From Eledone cirrhosa (lineage: Eukaryota): a stretch of 64,000 nt of DNA. Below are positions 14,380 through 26,520 of the stretch, one piece after another. The DNA lies in contig OZ024742.1 in the NCBI GenBank assembly GCA_964016885.1, positions 125,178,001 to 125,242,000 on the forward strand. The letters run 5' to 3'. The notes under the pieces are model-generated. The model was not told where the DNA came from. It was given only the letters and a program-made list of their open reading frames with translations, and ran no database searches. The stretch's first letter is position 1. Each line of letters starts with the position of its first letter. A program made the position numbers and the translations under genes.

Positions 14380-14527
14380 CTATTCTCAGTTAAGTCTCCA
14401 GGCAATGCGCGGACACTGGCGGCTCATATAAAATTATTGCAGAAACTAATTAGTTGGAGTGAAAATTTAAGTAAGAAAAAAATTTTTTTTAAATTTTTTT
14501 TAAAAAAATATTTTCTTATTTTACGTC

Positions 14528-14665
<138 letters not shown>

Positions 14666-14758
14666 CAGGGGAACGGGTGATAAACCCAAAAGCACGCATT
14701 TCATCCGTTCCCGTGTCGATTCAATTTGCCTCGGAATCATAACCTTATTATGTAACAA

Positions 14759-14830
14759 GCTGTCTGATGATGTCACGACACTCGCACACAGAACAGTGTG
14801 GCCAGTGTTGCCATTGAAATGTATATCACA

Positions 14831-14832
<2 letters not shown>
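14759..14832 (+). ncRNA. Type I hammerhead ribozyme in a short pLTR-like fragment (14665-14832) between (TA)n tracts
   Basis: GCTGT-CTGATGA..CGACACT..CACAC/GTGTG..AGTGTTG..GAAA-TGTAT-ATC^ACAGC; perfect 5-bp stem I. Confidence 0.8.
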
Positions 14833-14875
<43 letters not shown>

Positions 14876-14985
14876 TCCTGAGGTTTTATTTAACTACCTG
14901 TCTCTCAGTTTTTCAGCTATTCCCAAGGTACCTAATGTTATAGGTATTGTTTTTGTTTCCTACATCTACATCTGGATTATTTCTT

Positions 14986-15165
14986 TGGCAGTATCGGTAG
15001 AAGGTCGGACGCCATGCTTTCCAGCATAGTTACGTCCTTTTACGATCTGAGTTCAAATCCCGCCAAGGTTGACTTTGCCTTTCATCCTTACGGGGTCGAT
15101 AAAATAAAGTACCAGTAATGCACTGGGTAATTGCTGGCCTTGTGCCTAAAGTAGAAACAATTATT
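14986..15165 (+). mobile_element. tRNA-derived SINE (MetaSINE-like)
   Basis: A box TGGCAGTATCGG, B box GAGTTCAAATCC, core GCCTTTCATCCTTACGGGGTCGATAAAATAAAGTACCAG, tail GTAGAAACAATTATT. Confidence 0.88.
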
Positions 15166-15688
15166 TCTATGTCCAGCTATTAATGAGTGGATGTAATCTC
15201 CTTTTCCTTGATAGATATAGTGTCGGCTCTTGGGATTAATATATTGTCACCAGCTAAGTAGTTCATTTCTTTTGTTTATTCTGAATGCAAGGCACCTACA
15301 GCTGGTAGACAGAAAAGAGTCCAAAATATCTATCATTGCAGTACTTATCGGAATTTAAATGGAAGGATGTTATTTCACTCCCATATAAATGCAAGAAAAC
15401 TTTCAAATAAAACTCACTGGAATAAAAAGGCTATTGTTAAGTGTGTAACCGTGTAGCAGATTATGAAGCGGTAATATTTGTATGAAACAGAGCTATGTGT
15501 AGGAAAATGATTTTAATCACTAAAGTGTGCAGTAAGAAGGAATAGGAAGCTTAAGTGATTGTGCTAGTATCTGAAACACACTTGATGATATTAAAACAAC
15601 AATATCTACTCTAAGGTTCTTATATATTTCATATATATTTATCCTTATCGAGCCCTCTTTGGATTTTAGTCTTCAAATTTATTATTAT

Positions 15689-15758
<70 letters not shown>

Positions 15759-15969
15759 TCAGCGAGAATCGCATATCGGCGGGTAGAAAAAGCGAAACGA
15801 AACGTAAAATTAGAGTTATGCTGGTAAGCGCTCTATAGTTAAAAAAACCGACCTAAACATATTTGTTAAAACGACATACAAACTGAAAAAGTGGTGAAGA
15901 AGGCATTAACCACCTAAGCCAAAAAAACAAGTCAAGCTAAACAGGTCAAACAAAATAAATGATAAAAAC

Positions 15970-16012
<43 letters not shown>

Positions 16013-16339
16013 CACATATATAACCGACCTGGACCCATTGGAATTGATGGTAAAATTCAAATGCAGGGTTTCTGTCACACCTAAATCAATAATACTGTCT
16101 GCTTAAAACTATAAGATTTTGGTATAATGATCGAACAAGTAATATCACGTTATCAATAGGTATTTTGTTCTGAGCCAACTTTGTGAAAGATGCAGAGCTT
16201 TGTAAAAGCACATGCGTAACTCACAAGGGGAAAATCCCCAGATTTTATCGAATAAATTCAGTATGTGTAAATGATGTAAAAAGTTGCATAAATAGCACAA
16301 CCAGGTAGTTTTAAAATATATATAAATATATAAATATTT

Positions 16340-16481
16340 ATAACGAAGGAAATGTGGTAAGGAACCATATGGACCATAACGCACCAGAATACTCAATACT
16401 TAGGGTAGTAGAGTGGGTAATAGGAAAAAGTATGACCCCGAAACGGCTTGACCTCTGCCGTCGGTGTCATACTTTTTCCTA
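16340..16481. mobile_element. Short head-to-head pLTR-like fragment with the 3' half of a hammerhead
   Basis: TAGGAAAAAGTATGAC/GTCATACTTTTTCCTA inverted pair around GAAACGGC..GCCGTC; TA-rich flanks; related to 27573-27690. Confidence 0.6.
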
Positions 16482-16494
16482 TATATATATATAA

Positions 16495-18117
<1,623 letters not shown>

Positions 18118-18737
18118 TTAGCAATAACCAAAGAGTGCTTAGAAATACATTGTTTTATTTGCTAAGTGTTTCATCCATAGCCTAGGGCAGGAATCATCGG
18201 AGCTTATAAACAAAAATATATCAAAGGTTGCAGGCTCCATCGAACTCAGTCACCAGAACAAGGATAAAGGATAAGTCGCTTGGTCCCAGGCCAGCGCTGT
18301 ATAGAACACACATAATACATGATACATATAATGTCATAGACAATTACATCACAAGGTTATCACATAAATGGTGCAATAGATCATAAGGAGGTTGAGAGGA
18401 CAGCAAGAAAGGAATGAGGCTGTTATTCAGCATGATCAAAAGACAAAACAAAGCATAGACACCTCAATTCAAAAGCAGTGCAAATACATGATTTACATGC
18501 AGAGTATGAAAGCTTGTCAGCAGGAGTCAGTAAAAATAATAGTTGGTTAGCTGTGGTGCAGCTTTGCAGGCAGGATTGTTTATAGGAAAGATGGTGCAGA
18601 CCAGTAGTATCACCTTGTAACAGGTCGATTTCTCCATATCACACCACCACCCTCTATCTGTGGGTTGCAGTTCCAAGCGTTAGGCGATATAATACTAGGT
18701 TTCCAACCTAGTATTATATCGCCTAACGCTTCCAACT

Positions 18738-19758
18738 GGGGAAAAGAGAATGAATATTATAGAGGAGAAATAGTCTAATGAGGTCTGTAACTTGAGGAGA
18801 GTCCATGGATCCCATCGTTATATCGAATAAGTTGTTATATGTGTTTCTTGTCCAGTGTTCTTCATGGAAGTTTAGTAAGGTTTTTCTAGCGTGAGTTATG
18901 ATGTTGATTTCCTCAGTAGATAAATCCTATCTATTTCTGGCGAAGATCAGTGCTTTGTTTAAGAGAATTGTAGATATCGAAGAATAGCAAGAATCGATGT
19001 CGAATTGTATGAATGAAGCTGAGTTTTTATTCACTATTCTTAGTGAACCACTCAATAACCTGGGAAGTGTTATCCCATAATGGAAGTGTTACACATTTTC
19101 CAATTTGCGGAATGATTCGATCAATAATTTTCTTGCTCATAGTACCGATATCAGATTTTGATGGGCATATCAGTCTAATAGATGGTTTCGAATTAAAGTC
19201 AGATTTATGGTTCTTCAGGTTGAAGTGCGGGTTTTTAGGTGTGAAAGTCTCTGTCCTATCTTCAATGTGGAGTTATTTTACTATAGCACATGATATGTTG
19301 TTCAAGGGTGTCAGTGCGGTGGTGCTGGTTTTCTTATAGTTTTTTCTAAGTTCTTTATAAACGAACTGGTTATACTTATCGATGTCCATATGGTATAGAT
19401 TACCAGTTTTGTCAGAATGGACATGGACCTTGTTTGAACTTTTCAGTTGCAGAAGGGTAGATAGAGTCTAATTCCTTTTGGAATTCAGATTTGTGTTTAC
19501 TGAACCTTACGTTTTTAATTATGTTCAGTAGGGCGCTCTCAAAATGTTCAAGTTGAATATTATGAGGAGGATTTTTGTATGTGTTGAATCCATAGCGGTA
19601 CTTCTTTTCATTTGTATTGGTTTGTTGTCAAAATGATAGTCTCTCCATCGCATTCTGCTAATAAACTGGTTAGGTTTTTGTATGAGCACGAGTAGATATT
19701 CGTCTTTAGGTGGAATCGGAATATTCTTCAACGAAGTACCCAAATATTGTTTTTCCAT
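18738..19758 (-). mobile_element. Naiad PLE, inverted 5' portion (ATG to RT motif B')
   Basis: MEKQYLGTSLKNIPIPPKDEYLLVLIQK..FISRMRW N-terminal motif; ends in an inverted copy of about 19770-19893. Confidence 0.85.
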
Positions 19759-19764
19759 TGTGAC

Positions 19765-21700
19765 GCAAGAACAACACTGGACAAGAAACACATATAACAA
19801 CTTATTCGATATAACGATGGGATCCATGGACTCTCCTCTAGTTACAGACCTCTTTGGACTATTTCTCATCTATAATATTCATTCCTCTTTTCCCTACCTC
19901 AAAAGTCGTCTTTATCGGGATGATTGTCTATTGATATCTAACAATCTTAGCAATTCTAATATAGAGAAAAAAAAACAAATGAGAAAATTCCTCAAGGACT
20001 ATTGCAACCTTAACATCACCTTTGAAAACACCTCAAAAGTAGCTAACTTCCTTGACGTTACCTTAGACCTCTCTACGAATATTTATCAACCTGACCAACC
20101 AGAATCTACACTATGTACGTTCACGCTCTAACCACCCTGGCTCTATACTAAAAAACTTAGTATATAACATATCTCTTAGACTTTCTAAATTATCTTCCAA
20201 TGAGGATATATTTTATAAAAATGCACCCTTCTACAACGAAGCCCTAACTAGAAGTGGATATAAAGAAAACATTTCATATATCCCAAACACTACTATGGAC
20301 CATACTACTAAACCTAGCAAAAACTACAAACACCAAAAAATACCATCGAAACAAATGCCTAATGGGGTCATTCCTATCACACCAAACAACCGAAAAACCA
20401 CAACAACTATTACTACCCGATCTATGACCAACGTTAACAACTCACATATGAATACCAAACATTCAACCTCTCATAATCTACCCAATAATAACACCAAATA
20501 CAACCACTGCAATTTACCAACTTCCACAAATACAAAAGCTAATCATAAGAACTCATCTAGAACACAGCACATTAATATAAGTGGGAATAAGAACTTAACT
20601 AAAAACCGCAAAAGAAACAGAACATGGTACAACGCACCCTTCAACCTGCAAACTATTGGACAAATCCCCAAAAAATTCTTCGAAATTCTACATAAACATT
20701 TTCCACCAAACCACAGATACCACCAAATATTTAACAGGTATACTGTTAAATTCTCATACTCTACATCAAACAATCTCCAGCAAAAAATAAGCAACTACAA
20801 CATTTATAAATTTAAAAATAATATGACCACACCACCACAACATAATTTAAATAAGACTTCACCTTTTAAAAGGACAAATAATACAATCCTTCAACCTTGA
20901 AAACACAACACTCAAATCACCAACACAAAAACAACATAACACGAAATCACAACATAACCCTAGCACTAAATTACCCACAAAGCAATATTCATTCTCTCGC
21001 TAACATTAATTACAATAACAATAGCTCAATGATTAATGAGAATTATGTAGGTACCCCCAACAACCATCTTACGTATGGTTGTAATTGCAGAAATAGAAGC
21101 GTTTGCCCCTTAAATGGCAACTGTTTGATTAATCATATAATATATAAATGCACTGTGTCTACAACTGACTCCAACAAATCATATATAGGATCTACATCGA
21201 ACACATTTAAGAAAAGATATTACGCACATTCCAGTAGCTTTAACAATACTAAACTAGCTAACACCACATCTTTAGCTGAAGCAGTAAATAACTATAAAAA
21301 GAAAAGATATAGTGGGATACCATACTGCAAAGGGAACAGGAGAGAATGCAGATTATTTTCGGGGAATATCTTGGAAATTACTAAATCTAAGGACGATTTA
21401 TTGAATAAAATACAGGAATTGATTATAGCTTGTAATCACCGTATACGAAAAACATTTAAGTACTATAAACCTAATTAAACATTCTAAATAGCAACTCACT
21501 ATAATTCTATGTAACGTATCATTTGTTAGTATCCCCTTCCCCACATTATACGCCTTCCTGTTTATTTATTTTTTTTTAACCTTTTAATTGTTTAGCTTCC
21601 ATAGATTCATGCGTTACTGACTAAGGGAATCAAGGTACATAACCAGCTGTAATTGCATGGGTATACATGTATCTATTTATGTATGATAAAAGAATATATA
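19765..21700 (+). mobile_element. Naiad PLE, 3' portion (RT, linker, GIY-YIG endonuclease, partial 3' UTR), frameshifted
   Basis: FDITMGSMDS..LYRDDC..NFLDVTLDL; RKRNRTWYNAPF; CNCRNRSVCPLNGNC..IIY..SYIGST..FKKRY..LLNKIQE..CNH (ORFs 19682-20131, 20295-20900, 20897-21478). Confidence 0.88.
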
Positions 21701-21930
21701 TATATATGTGTATAGTAAATATTCTCAAGTGTTTCTATGTATAAGTAATCAAACTTAGATAAATGCATTTTGACATACAGTCAAAACGCATAATTTTTTT
21801 AGGTGACAAAAGTACATATATTCACATATATAAATAGAGGTATAATTACATTGATACTCCATTAAAAACATACATACGCATACGAAAATATAAACATATA
21901 CATACACATACATACACGCACACAAACACA

Positions 21931-22026
<96 letters not shown>

Positions 22027-22221
22027 GAGAGATAATTTAATATATCAACTAACATAAGCGCACAGATACACGCCCATGCTAGCAAATACACAGGTTATGT
22101 CATAGTACCTAGGTGGTTCAATGCAGGAGAATGCAGAACAATAATATAAAAGACGTAAAATAAGAAAATATTTTTTAAAAGAAATTTTTTAAAAATTGTT
22201 TACTTACTTACTTAAATTTTC

Positions 22222-22298
22222 ACTCCAGCTAATTAGTTTCTGCAATGGGATAAAGACAGTTACGTAATCCAACTGTCGAGAATTCATTGCGTCATCAG
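22222..22298 (-). ncRNA. Inactivated family 1 hammerhead
   Basis: GUU site mutated to GCU and a 15-nt deletion removes the 5' strand of stem I. Confidence 0.75.
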
Positions 22299-22767
22299 TT
22301 AAGTCTCCAGGCAATGCGCGGACACTGGCGGCTCATATAAAAATAATAATAATTCGGTAGATCGAACAGCTGGTGAGGACTGGATTCTATGTACCGAAAT
22401 TCTCACTGCTTCAAGTCAAATGGCCGATTCTAAAGAATCAATCACGTGACACAGAGGCTAGTTAGAAGGAATGGGATGGTAAGATGACTGACGCCTACTA
22501 AAACCCCCCCAAAAAATTTTTTTAGAAGTGATTTGGCAAGTTTGCTCGACAAATCAGTGATTTGGAGATAAATATAGATAATTTAATATATCAACTAACA
22601 TAACCGCACAGATGCACGCCCATGCTAGCAAATACACAGGTTATGTCATAGTACCTAGGTGGTTCAATGCAGGAGAATGCAGAACAATAATATAAAAGAC
22701 GTAAAATAAGAAAATATTTTTTAAAAATAATTTTTTTTTAATTTTTTACTTACTTACTTAAATTTTC

Positions 22768-22849
22768 ACTCCAACTAATTAGTTTCTGCAATGGGATAAA
22801 GACAGTTACGTAATCCAACTGTCGAGAATTCATTGCGTCATCAGGGAGT
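22768..22849 (-). ncRNA. Type I hammerhead ribozyme, family 1
   Basis: Intact core and stems I-III. Confidence 0.9.
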
Positions 22850-23188
22850 CTATTCTCAGTTAAGTCTCCAGGCAATGCGCGGACACTGGCGGCTCATATA
22901 AAAATAATAATAATTCGGTAGATCGAACAGCTGGCGAGGACTGGATTCAATGTACCGAAATTCTCACTGCTTCAAGTCAAATGGCCGATTCTAAAGAATC
23001 AATCACGTGACACAGAGGCTAGTTAGAAGGAATGGGATGGGATGGTAAGATGACTGACGCCTACTAAGCAGTGAGAATTTCGGTACAATAAATCAAGTCC
23101 TCGCCAGCTGTTCGATCTACCGAATTATTATTATTTTTATATGAGCCGCCAGTGTCCGCGCATTGCCTGGAGAATTAACTGAGAATAG

Positions 23189-23270
23189 ACTCCCTGATGA
23201 CGCAATGAATTCTCGACAGTTGGATTACGTAACTGTCTTTATCCCATTGCAGAAACTAATTAGTTGGAGT
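23189..23270 (+). ncRNA. Type I hammerhead ribozyme, family 1
   Basis: CTGATGA at 23194-23200, GAAACTAATTAGTT^GGAGT; predicted cleavage after 23265. Confidence 0.9.
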
Positions 23271-23749
23271 GAAAATTTAAGTAAGTAAGTAAACAATTTT
23301 TAAAAAATTAAAAAAAAAAAATATTTTCTTATTTTACGTCTTTTATATTATTGTTCTGCATTCTCCTGCATTGAACCACCTAGGTACTATGACATAACCT
23401 GTGTATTTGCTAGCATGGGCGTGCATCTGTGCGCTTATGTTAGTTGATATATTAAATTATCTATATTTATCTCCAAATCACTGATTTGTCGAGCAAACTT
23501 GCCAAAACCACTTCTAAAAAAATTTTTTTTGGGGTGTTAGTAGGCGTTAGTCATCTTACCATCCCATTCCTTCTAACTAGCCTCTGTGTCGCGTGATTGA
23601 TTCTTTAGAATTGGCCATTTGACTTGAAGCAGTGAGAATTTCGGTATATAGAATCCAGTCCTCGCCAGCTGTTCGATCTACCGAATTATTATTATTTTTA
23701 TATGAGCCACCAGTGTCCGCGCATTGCCTGGAGACTTAACTGAGAATAG

Positions 23750-23831
23750 ACTCCCTGATGACGCAATGAATTCTCGACAGTTGGATTACGTAACTGTCTT
23801 TATCCCATTGCAGAAACTAATTAGTTGGAGT
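23750..23831 (+). ncRNA. Type I hammerhead ribozyme, family 1
   Basis: Intact motif 561 nt after the previous copy. Confidence 0.9.
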
Positions 23832-24310
23832 GAAAATTTAAGTAAGTAAGTAAAACATTTTTTAAAAATTTCTTTTAAAAAATATTTTCTTATTTTACGT
23901 CTTTTATATTATTGTTCTGCATTCTCCTGCATTGAACCACCTAGGTACTATGACATAACCTGTGTATTTGCTAGCATGGGCGTGCATCTGTGCGCTTATG
24001 TTAGTTGATATATTAAATTATCTATATTTATCTCCAAATCACTGATTTGTCGAGCAAACTTGCCAAAACCACTTCTAAAAAAATGTTTTTTGGGGTGTTA
24101 GTAGGCGTCAGTCATCTTACCATCCCATTCCTTCTAACTAGCCTCTGTGTCACGTGATTGATTCTTTAGAATCGGCCATTTGACTTGAAGCAGTGAGAAT
24201 TTCGGTATATAGAATCCAGTCCTCGCCAGCTGTTCGATCTACCGAATTATTATTATTTTTATATGAGCCGCCAGTGTCCGCGCATTGCCCGGAGACTTAA
24301 CTGAGAATAG

Positions 24311-24392
24311 ACTCTCTGATGACGCAATGAATTCTCGACAGTTGGATTACGTAACTGTCTTTATCCCATTGCAGAAACTAATTAGTTGGAGT
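24311..24392 (+). ncRNA. Type I hammerhead ribozyme, family 1
   Basis: Intact core; stem I ACTCT/GGAGT (one G-U). Confidence 0.88.
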
Positions 24393-24456
24393 GAAAATTT
24401 AAGTAAGTAAAAAATTTTTGTAAAGTTTTTTTTTTAAAATGCTTTCTTATTTTACG

Positions 24457-24515
<59 letters not shown>

Positions 24516-25436
24516 GAGAAGAAGTTTATGAAACGGAAATGCGGGTATAAAGAATTTATTAGGTAACAATTGTTTCTATAGTGTATGGGTTACCTATACC
24601 TCGCTATTAGAATAATATAAACATATTATCATAAACCGAAGATACACTGTAAGCAAACATACCATGTCGTCAGACCTTTGCATTGGAATGATATGAAAAT
24701 ATTTTATACACTAGATAAAAGAGAAAGAAGGAGATAGGAAGAGAAGGGGAAGAGGGAAGTGAGTAAGGGGGAGGGAGTCCTAGGATTTAAGACTGTCAGA
24801 CTAGTAGAGATTGTAAGGAGAGAATGTTTTGGCAGCAGTTAGCTTAATGAGGCGTGTTAGGGTTGGTGGGGGAAGTAAATTCTTCTAGTGGTGTTGTTTG
24901 AACAAAATTTAGTTAAAGGGGTCAAAGTGGTACAGAGTTACAGACAAGTTATTGGGGCTATTATAGTAGCAGGTTATTTCTAAAGGGGTTCAGAAAACAG
25001 TGTTTAGTACTATTATTATAGAAAGCCATATCCTGTGTATAAACATATAAAACAGAAATTTGCAAACGGTGGTGTAAAAAGGTAACATTATATGCATTTA
25101 AAAAAAGAAAAAGTCGTTTTCAAACGATGGCTACAGTACAGTGAACGTTCAATTTTGCTGTTCAAAAGTTTGTTTACCGACGTTAAAATGCAGTATATCT
25201 CCATATTGCATAATTTACAGAATCGATGATTTTGCTTATATGCAGGCGCAGGTGCAATAATTTGCCAATCAAGGGAGAATGCTTGATTGTTCCTCCGGAG
25301 CTGCCAGGCTTTATCGGCAAGGGTTGTTACGGAGCGCATTTTCTCGTGCCTGATCGAAGATCGATGTTGGTATAGGCGAGCTTTGAAAGAATTTACGGTA
25401 CATCCGACGTAATACCATTTGTTGGTTCCGGAATTG
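24516..25436 (-). mobile_element. Naiad PLE 3' fragment (GIY-YIG C-terminus plus 3' UTR/pLTR)
   Basis: ORF 25088-25339: TTLADKAWQLR..WQII..CKLCNMEI..LLNSKIE..CSH, preceded by YVG..FKARL. Confidence 0.82.
24561..24677 (-). ncRNA. Type I hammerhead with long stem II insertion in Naiad 3' UTR
   Basis: AGGT-CTGACGA-C-ATGGTATG...CATACACTAT-A-GAAA-CAATTG-TT^ACCT-AATAAA. Confidence 0.78.
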
Positions 25437-25476
<40 letters not shown>

Positions 25477-25767
25477 TTGTATGCGTGTATGTATGTGTAT
25501 GTATATGTTTATATGTATGCGTATGTATGTTTTTAATGGAGTATCAATGTAATTATACCTTTATCTATATATGTGAATATATGTACTTTTGTCATCTAAA
25601 GAAAATATGCGTTTTGACTGTATGCATTTATCTGAGTTTGATTACTTATACAGAGAAACACTTGAGAATATTTACTATTTTATATTTTATGATGCATCAT
25701 ACGCTATATTATACTATATACAATGTACCATACTGTACTATATTATATTACATTATATTATATTATT

Positions 25768-25870
25768 CCGAGGTTAAATTTGCCTTTCATCCTTACGGGG
25801 TCGATAAAATAAAGTACCAGTAATACACTGGGAAATTGCTGGACTTGTGTCAAAAGTAGAAACAATTATA
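25768..25870 (+). mobile_element. 5'-truncated SINE (MetaSINE-like)
   Basis: Core TTTGCCTTTCATCCTTACGGGGTCGATAAAATAAAGTACCAG and tail. Confidence 0.8.
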
Positions 25871-26313
25871 TTATATTATTATATTATTATATTTTATTAT
25901 CTTATTATAATTTTCATCTTTTAATATACTATCCGTCCTAGTTATGACCATTACTTTACCTATCTATATTTATCCTAGTTAACTCTGTATATTTTATATT
26001 TACTTATTTATATTCACCTAAAAATTCCATACAACACAACTCAACATTTAATTTTTACATTCCTTTTTAAACTTCACTCCACCATCTACATTCCACTATC
26101 AATATAACAATCCCTTTTTCTTCATAGGTTTTTTATAGTAATTCTATTTTTAACACAATTCAACCATTCCTTTCAAAGGGTCATGACCTCAACTAAAGTG
26201 AGTTATATTTCATCTTAACATCATATGGCAAAATACCATTTGATTGGTTTGTTCTTCAGCTACCTCCAAATAAGGTCATAGAACTCAATTTACTAATGAT
26301 TTTAAATAAAATT

Positions 26314-26459
26314 TTCATTGCTTTTGACAACGGCTGATGAAATACATGTAGGTAAATATATTCGTTATCTGATATTTTGTAACGAACCCTACATAGATCG
26401 ATAACGAAATATGCGTACGATGTATTATTATCACCTAGAAACGATCGTAAAGCAGTGAA
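26314..26459 (+). ncRNA. Decayed type I hammerhead with large stem II domain
   Basis: 10-bp stem I TTCATTGCTT/AAGCAGTGAA, palindromic GAAA-CGATCG-TA, stem II AATACAT/ATGTATT; core reads TTGACAA instead of CTGACGA. Confidence 0.65.
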
Positions 26460-26520
26460 GTATATTTCTAATGACTTGAATTTGTATTTCATTGTTTTAA
26501 CTTATATATATATATATATA

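Larger units (their letters stand above)
22030..24462. mobile_element. HHR tandem-repeat (retrozyme-like) family 1, cluster 2: about 1.9 units minus plus about 2.5 units plus, head-to-head
   Basis: 561-nt period on the plus arm; inversion junction near 23067; flanked by (TA)n; no ORF of 60 aa or more inside the array. Confidence 0.9.

Noticed and set aside
14986-15065. tRNA gene
   Set aside because: A/B boxes belong to a multi-copy SINE head with an extended spacer; no cloverleaf.
18155-18210. Minus-strand CCGATGA..GAAAC degenerate hammerhead
   Set aside because: Core mutated and stem III incomplete; plausible relic but too weak to call.
20897-21478. Possible selenocysteine-encoding Naiad (reported for some Naiads)
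   Set aside because: The CxCx5Cx5C positions here and at 1-100 use TGC/TGT codons; no in-frame TGA at these sites and no SECIS recognised.
22030-24462. CRISPR array or plain satellite DNA interpretation
   Set aside because: No short repeat with unique spacers and the context is eukaryotic. Dispersed clusters, (TA)n-anchored ends and the conserved ribozyme fold argue against simple satellite.
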